Source: Moniliella sp. 'wahieum' (taxonomy: Eukaryota). Taken from it: a stretch of DNA of 36,904 bases. The position numbers were made by a program, and so were the translations under genes. The stretch is from NCBI GenBank assembly GCA_003971905.1, contig RSEE01000030.1:682001-718904 (forward strand). The letters are read 5' to 3'. How positions within the stretch are numbered: the first letter of the stretch is position 1; each line of letters opens with the position of its first letter. Below the pieces are notes generated by a model. The model was not told the origin of the DNA and did not search any database. It saw only the letters and a list, made by a program, of their open reading frames with translations. This document shows positions 35,069-36,904 of this stretch, piece after piece.

Positions 35069-36904
35069 TTCAGATAGGTGGACGGGCGGGGGGAGGGGTT
35101 GGCTAGTGGGGAAAACACAAAAAATTGTCCTTGCGCTTGCTTGATTTTTGGGCATTGCGATCTCTGGGCCCTGGATTTGGTGGCCATGCATTATGCATTA
35201 CGTCACCGCCACCCATGTCACCTCCCGATGTCACATGTGTGTCACAGGTGATGTCACCGGCCAGAAACAGGGTCTCCGTCGGCCGTGAAAAAAATAAATA
35301 GCACGTCGCTCTCTCCATATATGTCTGTCCATCGCATACACGTATTCCCGTCGGCATGGGGTCCTCCCCGTATGAAGTCATCATGGGGTGACAAAGAGAG
35401 GCAATGCTGTGACTGATCCAAGGCGGACACCGGCCGAGGAAGATAGGCCGACCATTCGTACCCGAGCACAGTGCAGAGCCCCGTGCACGCTACAACCCCT
35501 CCCCCGCCCCCCTTCACACAAACACACACCTCCAGACCCCGCGTGACGCGTGGATCCGACGAAGCTGCAACGAGCTCAGTGGAAAGCTGGGAACGACAAT
35601 TAGGAACAAAGATGGCTTGGTGTGGAAACCGCCTTATATGCTTGACCTAGATCGTGGAGGATGGGAGCCTCTCGCTGAAAGGCTGTGGTCTTGGTAGCGT
35701 ACAGCACTGCTAGTAGATTGAAGCTATTTATTGGCAAATCCATCCCTGACGATTGTGACGGTTCTTTCTGTTCCTTCCGTTCCCAGAATCTTATACGACT
35801 ATAGAGCAAATGGGAGTCGATGTGTGCTCACGGAAACATAGTGCGTAGAAACGTTTTTCCTGTGAGCAATACATAGGAAGTGCATGAAGCCCGCTCAAGC
35901 AAAGGGAGATAGAACAACTATTAGACAGCTAAGACGGGAAACACATGTCCATCTGCATCACTATCAAATCAAGGACAGAGCCTGAACCAGAATTTAGGGG
36001 TGAAGCCCTTGGAGGTGTGGAATCAGATAGTTACACACGGTATGTGCGCGGCTTTTCATATCCTAATAGTTGATCCGAGCGCAAGTAGAGGCAAGGGATA
36101 GACTCTTAGTTGGGTGTCTGCCTGCATTCAAAGACCATTGCAGCTCAGTCCTCCGAAGTAGGAGCAGTGGACGTAGGTTGTAAGACCCTCCGTTGAAGAG
36201 GTCCAACTACTCCAGGGAAACGTGGGTCACTGGTCGTTACCACTCTCGACACGCTGTAGTATGAGGAACCAAACGGTGCTCTAATGAGACGAGCAAGCTC
36301 TATTTATTTAAGTAAACTGAGGTTTACAGAGTGATGCATGCGTCGCAAATTCTTATTCTTAGCGTAAGGTGAAGGAATCAAGGGTGAAGACTAAAGGTGA
36401 CAAAAGGGAAGGGAGGACGGAAGAGTTCAGCGGGTGAGGATCACCGCCAGCAATCCTCAGCAGAAGGGTTGTTTAAATACCGTATACTGGCAGAACAAGG
36501 CTAATAACAAGAAGAAAGGGGTCTACAGTAGTCTGGAAGACACGTGTGGCCTGTTCTGTCATATCAAGACCGCGGTCCGGTGGGCCGCAACAGAAAAAGT
36601 TCAGCCAAGATTGAGCGAGCAGTTACAAAGCTTCGTACTGCTACTTCCGCTATTGGCTCTCCGCGGAAAGTATCAGCGGCATGTGTTGTAAGTTGCCCAT
36701 GCTGACTCTCGCTCACTATGGTAGTCTCGTGGAGTCGCTCAACTCTGGCCTCCTTGCTTTCGCCATATCGGATATCTCGCCTGCAATCCCTTTGGCTGGA
36801 CCCAATCTCGACGTATCTTCTCTTTTTTCTCTTTGTTTCCTCGCTGCTTGTGGTCAATGCCCCTCTTCTGTCCACAATATGAAAGTTGATTATGAATTGA
36901 TGGC

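Noticed and set aside
35580..36904. Lower-GC tract at the right end that might be a decayed mobile element
   Set aside because: The composition shift is visible, but I found no convincing RT, integrase or transposase motifs or terminal repeats. It needs a translated search.

Overview
GC-rich, intron-poor fungal DNA, most likely a basidiomycete of the Ustilaginomycotina type. That assignment is inferred from the short GT..CTRAC..AG introns, the CAL-A-type lipase and the intergenic heptamer repeats. The sequence carries many 1-bp indels that frameshift even essential genes, which points to an unpolished long-read assembly, so gene boundaries are approximate and were stitched across frames by eye. 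Left to right: a divergent glutamate-cysteine ligase-like gene; an APH-fold kinase resembling the actinobacterial TIGR02569 family; a head-to-head RPN7/RPN6 proteasome-lid pair; an AUR1/IPT1-family phosphoinositol transferase; a decayed RLE-type non-LTR retrotransposon; a secreted LIP/CAL-A lipase; a ~2,000-aa protein built from ~180 decapeptide P/E/A/V/K repeats; two hypothetical disordered proteins, one with a spinophilin/Bni4-like PP1 motif; and PRP4 kinase. The best leads are (1) the GCL-like enzyme, which keeps its metal/ATP residues but has lost the glutamate alpha-carboxylate contacts and sits next to a bacterial-type small-molecule kinase, (2) a pervasive intergenic pattern of tandem 7-bp palindromes all centred on T-N-A, and (3) the PEVK-like repeat protein.
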